Assembly (NCBI GenBank): GCA_963708075.1
Contig: OY970194.1
Span: 1,184,001 to 1,248,000 of the forward strand
Source of the DNA: Sedimentisphaerales bacterium
GTDB lineage: Bacteria; Planctomycetota; Phycisphaerae; Sedimentisphaerales; Anaerobacaceae
DNA: 64,000 bases
Direction: 5' to 3'
Both the position numbers and the translations under genes were made by a program. Shown here in pieces: positions 1 through 9,475 of this stretch (positions are counted from its first letter, which is position 1; the number at the start of each line of letters is the position of its first letter). A model generated the notes under the pieces. That model worked only from the letters and a program-made list of their open reading frames with translations. It made no database searches and was not told the DNA's origin.

Positions 1-401
1 AGGGCGTGGCCGGCTTTGCGAAGGGCCAGGCCGTCGCAACGAGCGACGTGATCTTCAATGTTGGCAACGAGTTCGCCGTCGTCATGGTCAGCGCCCTGGA
101 TGGCGAGCCTATCCGGCAGTCGAAACGGATGCTGGTCTCCACGTCTGCCCGGGCGCAGTGGTCGGGCATGGAATTCGACGAGCAGAGCGGGACCATCACG
201 AAGTCCGGCAAGCCGCCGTTCCTCATGGAGCCGGTGGTTGGGACCGTCAGAGTCAGGCACGACAAGCCGATCACGGTCTTCTGCCTCTCCTCCTCCGGCA
301 AACGCTTTGACTACGCCCCCATGCAAAAGTCCGCGGAAGGCACAACCTTCGAGATGCGCCCCGCGAATCGATGCATGCATTACGAACTCGTGAGCAGATG
401 A
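1..401 (+). CDS. 3' end of a gene starting before the window (hypothetical protein)
   Basis: Open frame from the window edge to TGA at 399-401, with host-like codon use. Confidence 0.6.
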   Translation, partial: GVAGFAKGQAVATSDVIFNVGNEFAVVMVSALDGEPIRQSKRMLVSTSARAQWSGMEFDEQSGTITKSGKPPFLMEPVVGTVRVRHDKPITVFCLSSSGKRFDYAPMQKSAEGTTFEMRPANRCMHYELVSR

Positions 402-432
402 AGATACATCAAGCGGATCGTGAGGGCAGAAG

Positions 433-1230
433 ATGGCCGCAAGACAGAGGCGATGGTTCACGGGTGTGATGGCTGGAGTGCTGATGCTGCCGGTCGCTTG
501 CGCTCTTCTTTGGGCGGGCCCGCAGGCGGCTGATCCAGCCAGTGCGAGGCCGGACACCTACCTCTCCGGTGCAGTGACTGAGTTGACGCGCCAGTGGCCC
601 GCGAATCGGACCGTCAACATCGTTTGTCACGGGCACAGCGTCCCGGCCGGATACTTCCGCACGCCGGTCGTGGACACGTTCAACGCCTATCCGCACCTGC
701 TCCATCGCGGGCTCAAGGAGCGATTTCCGTATGCCGTGGTGAACGTCGTTGTCACCGCCATCGGCGGCGAAAACTCCGAAAGCGGGGCAACGCGGTTCGA
801 GCGCGATATACTGTCCTTGCGGCCGGATGTGGTCACGATCGATTACGGCCTGAATGACCGCGGCATCGGCCTGACTCGCGCGGAGGCGGCGTGGCAGGCG
901 ATGATTGCCCGGGCCCAGGCCGCCGGGGTCAGGGTGATTCTCCTGACGCCCACGCCGGACATGGGGGCAAAACTCGGCGACCCGAACGATTCCCTGAACC
1001 AGCACGCGCAACAGATCCGCACGCTCGCCCGCAAGAATGCCGTGGCTCTCATTGACAGCCTCGCCTGCTTCGAGAATCGCATCCGCCGCGGCCAGTCGCT
1101 CGACGCCCTCATGTCTCAGGGCAACCACCCTAATCGCAAGGGGCACGAGATCGTCGCCGCCGAGCTGCTCCGATGGTTCCCCACACCCCCTCCGGTCGCG
1201 GACTCGAACAGCGCCCCCAGTGACAGGTAG
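433..1230 (+). CDS. Secreted SGNH/GDSL-family hydrolase
   Basis: Signal peptide; block I VCHGHSV, block II AIGGE, block III DYGLND, block V NHPN..GH. Confidence 0.85.
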   Translation: MAARQRRWFTGVMAGVLMLPVACALLWAGPQAADPASARPDTYLSGAVTELTRQWPANRTVNIVCHGHSVPAGYFRTPVVDTFNAYPHLLHRGLKERFPYAVVNVVVTAIGGENSESGATRFERDILSLRPDVVTIDYGLNDRGIGLTRAEAAWQAMIARAQAAGVRVILLTPTPDMGAKLGDPNDSLNQHAQQIRTLARKNAVALIDSLACFENRIRRGQSLDALMSQGNHPNRKGHEIVAAELLRWFPTPPPVADSNSAPSDR

Positions 1231-1363
1231 CTGAAAGTCCTTCGGGTGGCAGTGCCGAACTGCCACCCGATGGATCCACTGCTGTTCGTCCACCTTCCCG
1301 GATGAGCCGCCGTTCGCAGGCGACGCTTACAACACGAGTCGGACCTGATTGTTGCACTGACCG

Positions 1364-2047
1364 TTAGCGACGACGGCGGAAGGTTCGCATCGCCCCGAGG
1401 CCGCACATCACCAGCAAGGCGCTGGCAGGCGCCGGGATCACGCAGACCGGCGGGGGGACCTCGGTGTCGAACGTGAGGTCATCCCATGCGACCCCGGCGA
1501 CATCGCCTGTCCCCCCGAGGAGTTCCACCGAATGGATTCCGGCGACGGAAACCTGCAGCGTCGCGCCGTCCATATCGACGCCTGTCGCGGAGCCGATGAG
1601 ATTGCCGCTCAGACCATAGGCGTTGAGCGAGATGGGCTGCAGGCTCGCCCACAGGTCGGCCCGAACAGAGACGAAATTGACGGTACTCGGGCTGGAAGCA
1701 TCGCCGGGCTCGAAGAAGCTGATCACGACGGGATTGCTGCGATCGTACGTGAGGACACCCTCCGGCGTGGTTCCGGCGATCGTGTTCACCCCGCTGGTGG
1801 CGTGATCCGGGCCCATGTTCAAAACGCTGACGAAGGAGCTGCCGGACGTGAACAGGACGCCCGCCGTGTCCAGCAGTTGATCGTACAGTCTCGACTCCAC
1901 GGGGACCGGCGCCGGGTTCTCGAACGGCATCCCTGTGAACTGCTCGAAGTTGATGACCGTGGGCGCTGCGTTCAAGGGCTGTCCGCTGAGGATCGCCAGC
2001 GACAGCGCCATGAATAAACCGGATGTAGCGACTCTCGATATTCGCAT
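1364..2047 (-). CDS. PEP-CTERM-type surface protein
   Basis: Signal peptide; C-terminal VIPAPASALLVMCGLGAM followed by basic tail RTFRRRR. Confidence 0.8.
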   Translation of the reverse strand: MRISRVATSGLFMALSLAILSGQPLNAAPTVINFEQFTGMPFENPAPVPVESRLYDQLLDTAGVLFTSGSSFVSVLNMGPDHATSGVNTIAGTTPEGVLTYDRSNPVVISFFEPGDASSPSTVNFVSVRADLWASLQPISLNAYGLSGNLIGSATGVDMDGATLQVSVAGIHSVELLGGTGDVAGVAWDDLTFDTEVPPPVCVIPAPASALLVMCGLGAMRTFRRRR

Positions 2048-2709
2048 GTCTCTCTCCTTCCTTCTGTCCCTCGACAAACGAGGGAAACGTAGTTGCACCC
2101 TCTACGTGAACGGGCAAAGGCAGACCTCTGCCGTTCGCACCTGCGTGAGCATGGATCGTTGGTATGCTGTGATCCCGCGGCCGAGCCGCTTCGATCTACC
2201 GGTAGATACAGTTCGCACGGCCCCCGTGTGGCGGCCCTGCGTCGCGCGTTGGCTCAGTGGGTCGGTTTCGGTTCTCCCGCATCCGATCTCCTTCACGCAT
2301 CCTCACGATGGCAACAGAGCACCTCGGGCTCGCGGGATCGCAGAGAATGCCCGCTCTCGCAGGGCGGAGAACCCTGCAACAGCCATGGGCTTTTCGATCC
2401 CGCCCGGGTACTTTGTCCATACCGCGAATGGTACAACCGCTCACTCGCACGGGCTATCGGGGAAATGCGGAACTTGGGCCCGCCATACACTCGGTTAGCA
2501 CTAGGAGATGCACTACCTCCTAAGCATCTCGCTGCCGCCAATGCGCGGAGAAAGCGGACCCCGCGTCCAGTAATTCCCGCCCCGTTCTCGCTCCCGCATA
2601 ACAGCAGTCGTCGCTGTCTTGGCAAAGGATGGACATGGTGGACGGGATGGACGACGTGGACAGCCCGAAACTGCCATCGCGTCCACCTCCACTCCCACGC
2701 CCCGGAGCT

Positions 2710-3765
2710 TCATAAACCCCGGTCGAGGGTCGCCACGGCAGCCAGCGTTGCCTGTACCGTCATGGCGGCGTTCTTGACGTCGCACCTTTCCGGGACATCT
2801 CCCTCGGCGTGGTACTCCGGGTCGCCGTAAGGCCAGGAGCCGATATTGATGACCGCCGCCGGGTAGCCGGCCAGGACAAACGAGCCGTCGTCGTCGCCGG
2901 GCTGTGGCCTCTCCGCAGTCCGCTGCTCCAGACCGATGGAATATCGAGCGTTCACCTCGCCCATCAGCTCGGCAAGACGCTTGCCTTCGGGCCTGGTATA
3001 CGCGGTCACGTTGGTCTTTCTTCCGGCGGCCGTCTCTTCCGCCGTCTTGGCTCCAATACCGTCCAGGTTGAAGACGGCGATGATATTGTCTCCGCGCGCC
3101 TTGGCTTTTTGTGCGGCGGTCCTGCTCGTCCACGGCGTGTGCTCTTCGTTGCACCAGAGAAATCGGATCGTGCTCTCCGAGCGGTACTCCGCGAGGACGC
3201 GTGCCGTCTCCAATACGCCGGCGGTCCCAATGGCGTTGTCATGAGCCCCCGGGGAATCGATCCAGCTTGGCGAATCCTTGTGGGCGAGCACGACGATGAT
3301 CTTATCCGGATGCGAGCGGCCCTTTTTCTCGGCATAGAGATTGTACGCCGTGTACCAGGGATCTTCCGCCTTGGGAGGCGAGTACTGGGCATGCTTGGGT
3401 TTGCTCGTGTCCCGCCGAAACGCCTGCACCTGAACGCCCTCCCGCTCGACGCGATATCCCCACGACTCCAGCTTCCCGGCCAGGTAGTCGTCGGCCTCGT
3501 AGAGCGTGTTCTTCTCATGGCCGGGCAGGGTCAGATTCAGCTTGCGATAGGGCAGCGGGTCCTTCGCAAGGTAGAAGACGTGCTTCGATATCCGCTCGGG
3601 ATCGACCTCGCCGATAAGCCGGCGAACGCTCGCCTCCACATCGTTGCCGTCACTGTCTCCCCTCTGTGGCGTCGTCCCCACGGCCAGTCCGCCCGACCAC
3701 GCCCCGAAACCGAGGCACACACAGACCCCGCAAGCAGCCAGCACGCTCAGCATTCCGTATTTCAT
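2710..3765 (-). CDS. Secreted M28-family zinc peptidase
   Basis: LAHKDS, PGAHDNAIG, NEEH, FNLDGIG and EYH motifs; signal peptide. Confidence 0.85.
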   Translation of the reverse strand: MKYGMLSVLAACGVCVCLGFGAWSGGLAVGTTPQRGDSDGNDVEASVRRLIGEVDPERISKHVFYLAKDPLPYRKLNLTLPGHEKNTLYEADDYLAGKLESWGYRVEREGVQVQAFRRDTSKPKHAQYSPPKAEDPWYTAYNLYAEKKGRSHPDKIIVVLAHKDSPSWIDSPGAHDNAIGTAGVLETARVLAEYRSESTIRFLWCNEEHTPWTSRTAAQKAKARGDNIIAVFNLDGIGAKTAEETAAGRKTNVTAYTRPEGKRLAELMGEVNARYSIGLEQRTAERPQPGDDDGSFVLAGYPAAVINIGSWPYGDPEYHAEGDVPERCDVKNAAMTVQATLAAVATLDRGL

Positions 3766-3949
3766 GAGTCCTCCTTTCATATCTGTTCTGGTGCATCATT
3801 GTGGCCTGCCGCCGTCAAGCGTGTCAACAATGACTTAGGAGTGCCTGCGCAGGTCTTCAGGCACTGTTCCAGGTGGCAGCGGCAAGCGTAGGCGGCAAAG
3901 TGATCTACCATCGCGACGGAGCCAATTGACGCGGACGCAAGGCAAATGC

Positions 3950-4490
3950 AACCGCAGATGAACGCGGATGAAGGGCCGGGACGCGAAGGAAATGCAACCC
4001 CACGGTCTCGTAGGGGCGAATCATCATTCGCCCTCGCAGCTTCGACACAGATTCCACGGATTGACACGGATTTCAAACGGAGACCCGACAATTGCCAACT
4101 GATTATCCACCACGGAGACACAGAGGCCACGGAGTATGTAGGGTGGGTTCTCAACCCACGCGGATTCTCGACCGCGAAGCCTTGCCCTCGCGAAGGCGGG
4201 GGACGCGAACCACCGAAAGGACAATCTCGCGCGGAGACGCCGAGACGCAGAGATTCTGTAGGGTGTGCACGGCGCACCTTCATGTCTATCAACCGCGAAT
4301 TACGCGAACCACGCGAAAACTGCCTTATGCATGTCATTGCGAGCGAAGCGCGGCAATCTCCCTCTTTCAACTGGGAACCGGCGACTGACAACTGCTTTTC
4401 CATCCGCAGACACCGTCCCGAGCAAAGCCGAGGGATTACGCAGATTTCCGCAGATTCGATCATCAATCTGAAATCACAAATCAAAAATCG
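3950..4490 (+). repeat. Mosaic short-repeat array A (7-, 8- and 9-mer periodic modules plus GTAG REP-like hairpins)
   Basis: GTAGGGGCGAA-tcatca-TTCGCCC 4010-4033; acacagattccacggattgacacggatt 4045-4072; GTAG hairpins at 4138 and 4258; gtcattgcgagcgaagcgcggcaatc at 4333; aatctga/aatcaca/aatcaaa at 4465. Confidence 0.8.
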
Positions 4491-4818
4491 AGAGCCCCCT
4501 TGCCTTCCCCGCCTGAATATGTCAGAATACTCCCCAGCGATTGACTCCGTGGTGACACTACGAAAAACGAGAGTCCCGGCCCGACGTGGGCCGGAGCGTT
4601 GTGGCGAGGTCAAAGAGGCGCCGTGGCTATGAAGGCCTGAACGCGTGGGATAAGTGGGATAAGGATAGGCCACATGGGCGGATTCCCAGTCGGCAGCTTT
4701 TCGTCAGGAACGCCACGAAAGGGGACGAGTATGGACTACCGGGAGAGAGCATTTAGAGACAAGTTCGCAAGCGCAGGTAAGCATCTCGGTGTGCCTCCTG
4801 ATCAAGTCATCTCTCTTA

Positions 4819-5924
4819 TTGATCTTTGAATAGTTAAAGTAAATCGCCGTGACGGATCGATATCTTCATGCATGAGAACCCCAGGAAAACCCGAAGAGCT
4901 CGAATGTCACCGGCTTCAGGCCTTCGCGTTGCTCGAAGCCGGTCACGGTCCCAGCGAAGTGGCCCGGAGACTCGGCGTCTCGCCGGCGGCTGTATCCCGG
5001 TGGAAGAAGATTTCTCAGCAGGCGGGACGGGACGGCTTGAAGGCCAAGCCGCATCCCGGCCGCCGGCCCAAGTTGACGGTCCGGCAACGCCAGAAGCTGG
5101 AACGGTTGCTGTTAAAAGGTCCTCTCGCCCACGGATATATGACCGACCTGTGGACGCTGAAGCGGATCGCCGAAGTGATCGAGAGGCGTTTCGGCGTCCG
5201 CTACGACCCTTCCGGGGTCTGGCACGTGCTGCGTGGCATCGGCTGGAGTTGCCAGAAACCCGAAGGCCGGGCGCGCGAACGCGACGAAGAGGCCATTGCC
5301 CGTTGGCGTCAACAAGACTGGCCGCGTATAAAAAAAAGCTCGGCATAGCGGTCGAAACATCGTTTTTCTCGATGAAACCGGCTTTATGCTCCAGCCGGTG
5401 GTCCGCCGGACCTGGGGTCCCCATGGGGATACGCCGCTCCTGTACCGTTGGGAGCGTCACGACCGCCTCTCCGGAATGTCGGTGGTCACGGTCTCGCCGC
5501 AGCGTCGGCATCTGGACCTGTACTTCGCGCTCCAAGAGCACAACATCCGTACTCCCGACATTGAGAACCCTCGTGGCGGAACTTCTTGAACATTTTCCCC
5601 ACGGGATCATCCTGGTCCTGGATCGTTGGCCCGTTCATCTGTCCGCCGTGGAGCAACTCCGGCGTCGGTTCCCTCGTCGAGTACAAATCGAATGGCTGCC
5701 GTCCTACGCCCCGCAACTCAATCCTGATGAACAGGTCTGGACGCGGACGAAGTACATGGACTTGGCCAACTTCTGCCCGGAGAATCTCACTGACCTCACG
5801 CAGGCGGTGCGACATTCGCTGGAGCAGACAAAAACTCACCAGTCTCTCTTGCGTTCGTTCTTCAAGCATGCTGGGCTTAGACTGTGACATCGTGTCACTT
5901 TTACTTTAACTATTCAAAGATCAA
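4819..5924 (+). mobile_element. IS630-family insertion sequence (1106 bp)
   Basis: Perfect 25-bp TIRs TTGATCTTTGAATAGTTAAAGTAAA (4819-4843, 5900-5924); TA duplication (4817-18, 5925-26) within a palindromic ctTAag target. Confidence 0.95.
4872..5887 (+). CDS. IS630 transposase split over three frames (HTH/winged-helix plus DDE domain)
   Basis: HTH in 4872-5348; shift at A8 tract 5330-5337 into IVFLDETGF; second shift near 5566 into LVLDRWPVH...LPSYAPQLNPDEQVW. Confidence 0.85.
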
Positions 5925-6518
5925 TAAGGTGCGTGATGTAGTCCCATCGTACGATGAGTACCGTGAGATGCTGCGAGTTCTGGAGCATGAGGCAGGCCTA
6001 CACTGGTCAGAGGTTGACGGCAGTCTGCAAGGCCGGGGCTATCTTGTGACCCAGAATGATCAGAAGGTGCTCGTAGTCGAACACGAGACAGGCCTCGAGA
6101 TTCTCTATATAGCTGGTTCCATCGCGTCGCTCATCAGCCTCGTTCCCGTTGTCCTCCAATGCTGGGGAGCCGTCAGAGGGTATCTCGACCATCGCCACGC
6201 TCGCCAATTCAGGAATGTTGAGATTCGCAGACTGGATGGTAATGGAAAGCTTCAGGAAGACCGTTTGACTGGTGTGACAGGTCCGTCGACCTTTCCTCTG
6301 AGTATCCTAAGCACGGCCTTATCATCGGCCGCTCGGGTTCTGGACGCAAATCTCAAGGCGCTAGGGGAGGAAGTCCGGTCGTTGAACAGGCGGCTTGCCA
6401 TTGTAGAGAAGAAGTTGAAGCCTGCCAAGAAGCGGACGACCAGAAGGAAATAACTGATGACTGTCACCGATTACTCGGCTTCTCCATGAGCGCTAGCCAT
6501 CTGGAGGCATAAACGACT

Positions 6519-7097
6519 ATGGAATGGAAGCAATTTATTGCCAGCTTGGTATCAAGCCTCGCATGGCCGGCAGCCGTTTTCCTAATTCTATTCGTGTTCC
6601 GAAGTGAGCTCACGAAAATCGTAGGGCGCCTTGCTCATTTCAAGTACAAAGACTTGGAACTGGAGTTCGAGAAGGTCAGACAGCAGGCAGAAGAGCTGCG
6701 TGAGGAATTACCTCCAGAAGAGCCGGCGTCAGAGAACCCGGTCGTCGCCTCGCTCGAAGACCAAATTCTGGACGCCGTGGAGCGCGCTCCGTCAGCCGCG
6801 ATTCTGCTTGCGTGGTCTGCACTGGAATCGACCATTGCATCAGCTGTGACGAGATTGGCCGTTTCACCTGAACCGCCATCCTACAGATCTCCAGTGCACA
6901 ACATTCAGATGCTAACCAAGCATGCTGGCTTGCCAAGTAGATACGCGCAGTTACTGGACGAAATGCGCATGCTCAGGAACAAAGTTGCGCACGATCCTCA
7001 TTCCATGTCATCAATTACACAAGAACAGGCGCACAATTACGCGAACGTCGGACGCGACATGATTCAGTATCTTGAACAGATGCAGCGCAAGGGCTAA
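6519..7097 (+). CDS. Protein with N-terminal TM helix and C-terminal HEPN-like domain (putative RNase effector)
   Basis: TM segment SLAWPAAVFLILFVF; AAILLAWSALE helix; RxxxxH motif RNKVAH at 6975-6992. Confidence 0.7.
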   Translation: MEWKQFIASLVSSLAWPAAVFLILFVFRSELTKIVGRLAHFKYKDLELEFEKVRQQAEELREELPPEEPASENPVVASLEDQILDAVERAPSAAILLAWSALESTIASAVTRLAVSPEPPSYRSPVHNIQMLTKHAGLPSRYAQLLDEMRMLRNKVAHDPHSMSSITQEQAHNYANVGRDMIQYLEQMQRKG

Positions 7098-7258
7098 CCT
7101 CTTGGGTGATAACGCGGCCAGCCATCCGCTATGGGCAGAAGTGATCGGTCGCGACCACAAGGGAAACCGGCGACGGTCACCTATTATGGGGAGGCGAAAT
7201 AAGTGGTGGCCCCTAATAACCTATTGTGATTATTCGGTCGTGAAAAGGAGTTGGAGCA

Positions 7259-8818
7259 ATGACTCTGAATGCCACGTCGCTTAATTGGGCGATTGACTTT
7301 GTAGCTAATCACTCAGACAGCGACCTCTTTCCCAGACTCCCTGAGATTGAGGCAATCCAGTCTCTTAGAAATGAATTCATCCAGTTAATCGAGGGCAAAC
7401 CTCTATCCGAGTTCCCCATCGGTGCACATCGACGTTTTATTGTGCCAAAAGACGAGGTCTCTTACAGACAAGCCACGCAGCTTCACCCGCAGGACTCCAT
7501 CCTTCTCTCTGCCGTGATCCATCAGTTCGGTCGTGGAGTAGAGGATAGGCGCCTTCCTGCAGACCGGGTTTTCAGCTACCGCTTTTCGCCAAGTTCAGAG
7601 CACGGCTTATATGGACGTCAGATAGGCTGGAACGATTTCTGGATGGCAGCGCAAGCGCACAGCTACAAGTGTCGCAAAATTCTCTATTGTGATATTGCCG
7701 ACTTTTACAACCAGATTTACCACCATACAGTTGAGAATCAACTGACTGAGTCCAGCTTCCCAAACCAAGCCGTGAAATGGTTGATCAAGCTCCTTGAGTC
7801 CACAACTGCCGGCGTTTCACGGGGTATCCCAGTAGGCCCGTATGGCATGCACTTGATAGCCGAGGCCACACTCATCCCTATCGACAATAGCATGTCCTCA
7901 AGCGGTTTCAACTTCCTGCGTTACGCGGATGATATTCTGCTGTTTTGCGATTCGGATGAAGCATCGCGCCGAGCACTTTCGACGATTGCTTTGGTAATTG
8001 ATAAGCAGCAGAGGTTGACTCTTCAACGCCACAAGACGAGGTTCTTTACGCCTGACGAATTCCGAACGCTCTGCGACGAGATGGTTGAAGACCGCCCGAT
8101 AAGCCTCGAAGAAGATAGACTCCTGAAGCTCATTAGAAAGTACTCTGAAGACGACCCGTACAGGGTGGTTTCATACGAGCAGATTTCTAGTGAAGACTGG
8201 AAGAAGGTGACTGACGAGATTGTTCGCAGGATCATCCATGAGTACCTTGCCGAGGAGGAAGTCGACTATATCCGCCTACGTTGGTTCTATAGGCGACTAT
8301 CCCAAATCGGCCACCCAGGCGCGATCGATATCTCCCTTGATGAGCTTGAGAGACTTGGCCCATGTTTCGCTAACGTGTGTTGCTATTTCCGCTCAGTTCA
8401 GGGGATTGACCCTGAGCGGTGGAAAGAGATTGGAGCGCGTCTGTTGAAGCTCCTTGATTCGGATGAAGTGAGAGACAATGAGTTCTTCAGGCTCTCGATA
8501 CTCAGTCTGTTCTCCAGAAATGCATACATCAATCACTTCAACGTCTTGGCGTCCCGATTTCAGGCGAGTGACGCCTCCGCAAGAAGGGAAATATTCCTCG
8601 CTGCAAGGAAGAACAACGCCATTGACTGGGTGCGTGAACACAAAGAAGACTATGACAAGATGGACCCTTGGCAGCGAATGGCATTTATGTTCTGTTGTGC
8701 AGACCTGCCGGCCGACGAAAAGAGACATTACATTAGCCGCTGGAAACCCGGGTGTCCGTTTGACAGCGTGCTTACGAAGTGGGCGAAGGGGGTGGGCGGG
8801 AGCAGGGGCAACTCTTGA
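7259..8818 (+). CDS. Reverse transcriptase, UG/Abi (defence-associated, DRT-like) type, 519 aa
   Basis: Motif A CDIADFYNQIYHH, motif B RGIPVGP, catalytic YADD at 7922-7933, long helical C-terminus; RBS AAGGAG; no retron NAxxH/VTG motifs and no intron maturase/HNH domain. Confidence 0.9.
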   Translation: MTLNATSLNWAIDFVANHSDSDLFPRLPEIEAIQSLRNEFIQLIEGKPLSEFPIGAHRRFIVPKDEVSYRQATQLHPQDSILLSAVIHQFGRGVEDRRLPADRVFSYRFSPSSEHGLYGRQIGWNDFWMAAQAHSYKCRKILYCDIADFYNQIYHHTVENQLTESSFPNQAVKWLIKLLESTTAGVSRGIPVGPYGMHLIAEATLIPIDNSMSSSGFNFLRYADDILLFCDSDEASRRALSTIALVIDKQQRLTLQRHKTRFFTPDEFRTLCDEMVEDRPISLEEDRLLKLIRKYSEDDPYRVVSYEQISSEDWKKVTDEIVRRIIHEYLAEEEVDYIRLRWFYRRLSQIGHPGAIDISLDELERLGPCFANVCCYFRSVQGIDPERWKEIGARLLKLLDSDEVRDNEFFRLSILSLFSRNAYINHFNVLASRFQASDASARREIFLAARKNNAIDWVREHKEDYDKMDPWQRMAFMFCCADLPADEKRHYISRWKPGCPFDSVLTKWAKGVGGSRGNS

Positions 8819-8899
8819 CTCTTGGGGAACTAAAGGGGTCCGGTACATTCTCCGCATTGCCAGTCATAAGTATTGGTCCGGCAATAACTTAAAATTGGC

Positions 8900-9475
8900 G
8901 GGCTGATTGTGGAATTAGAAGCGAAGTGTGAAGTTTGGTGTTTGATTTTTGATGTTTGATGTGAAAACAGGCGGGACGGCAGGACGGCGAGATTGCGGAT
9001 TGAAGACGTGGTTGGTGGTTGAAAATCTGCGTAAATCGGCGAAATCTGCGGATGAGAAGGCAGTTGACAGTGCTCAGTTGGCAGTTCACAGTCAGAGGGG
9101 TCGGGGATCAGGGGTCGGTTTCAATTCGTGGAGTCTGTGTCGGATCATTTCCTCTGTGGCCTCGGTGTTCTCTGTGGCTAAGGTTCCTGGATTCCCGAGC
9201 GGGTCGGGAATGACATCGCGGCGGGAGGGGGGCGGTGTGCGGAATGGGAGAGAAAGGGCGAAGTTTGATGTTTGAAGTGTGAAGAAAGGCGGCGGCGAGA
9301 TTGCGGCATGGGGAGTGGCGGACGGCTTGGCACGCCGTGTGAAACAAAGCCAATTCCTTGCGGATTGGCGGCGAGGAGATGCGTTAATCACCGTTCATCG
9401 GCGTCTTATCTGCGCCTGACAACGAGTTGTCAGTTCCCAGTCTGAAATCCGTGTGAATCCGTGGAATCCGCGTCG
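8900..9475 (-). repeat. Mosaic short-repeat array B, opposite orientation to array A
   Basis: aatctgcgtaaatcggcgaaatctgcggatg 9024-9054; cagttga/cagtgct/cagttgg/cagttca at 9061; ctctgtggcctcggtgttctctgtgg at 9152; ggattcccgagcgggtcgggaatgac 9189-9214; aatccgtgtgaatccgtggaatccgcgt 9446-9473. Confidence 0.8.

Larger units (their letters stand above)
4731..6453 (+). pseudogene. 204-aa hypothetical membrane/coiled-coil protein interrupted by IS630
   Basis: Removing the IS and one TA joins MDYRERAF...QVISL (4731-4817) in frame to KVRDVVPSY...RRK*; purine-rich RBS-like GAAAGGGG upstream. Confidence 0.85.

Noticed and set aside
2093..2710. ORFs between the PEP-CTERM and M28 genes
   Set aside because: No convincing coding signal; only a short TGGAC nonamer repeat at about 2629-2661
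3950..4490. CRISPR array in the repeat-rich intergenic regions (also 8900-9475 and 19950-20496)
   Set aside because: No constant repeat alternating with unique equal-length spacers, and no cas genes
3777..4673. ORFs 3777-4673 (-) and 3946-4632 (+)
   Set aside because: They translate the mosaic repeats; no RBS or domain signal
6451..7258. Integron attC sites (genes ending in TAAC at 6451, 7095 and 30050)
   Set aside because: No matching GTTRRRY with attC-type palindrome at suitable distance, and no integrase; IntegronFinder would be decisive
7259..8818. RT as retron, group II intron or DGR
   Set aside because: No NAxxH/VTG motifs, no maturase or intron domain V/VI seen, and no template/variable repeat pair with adenine-specific differences
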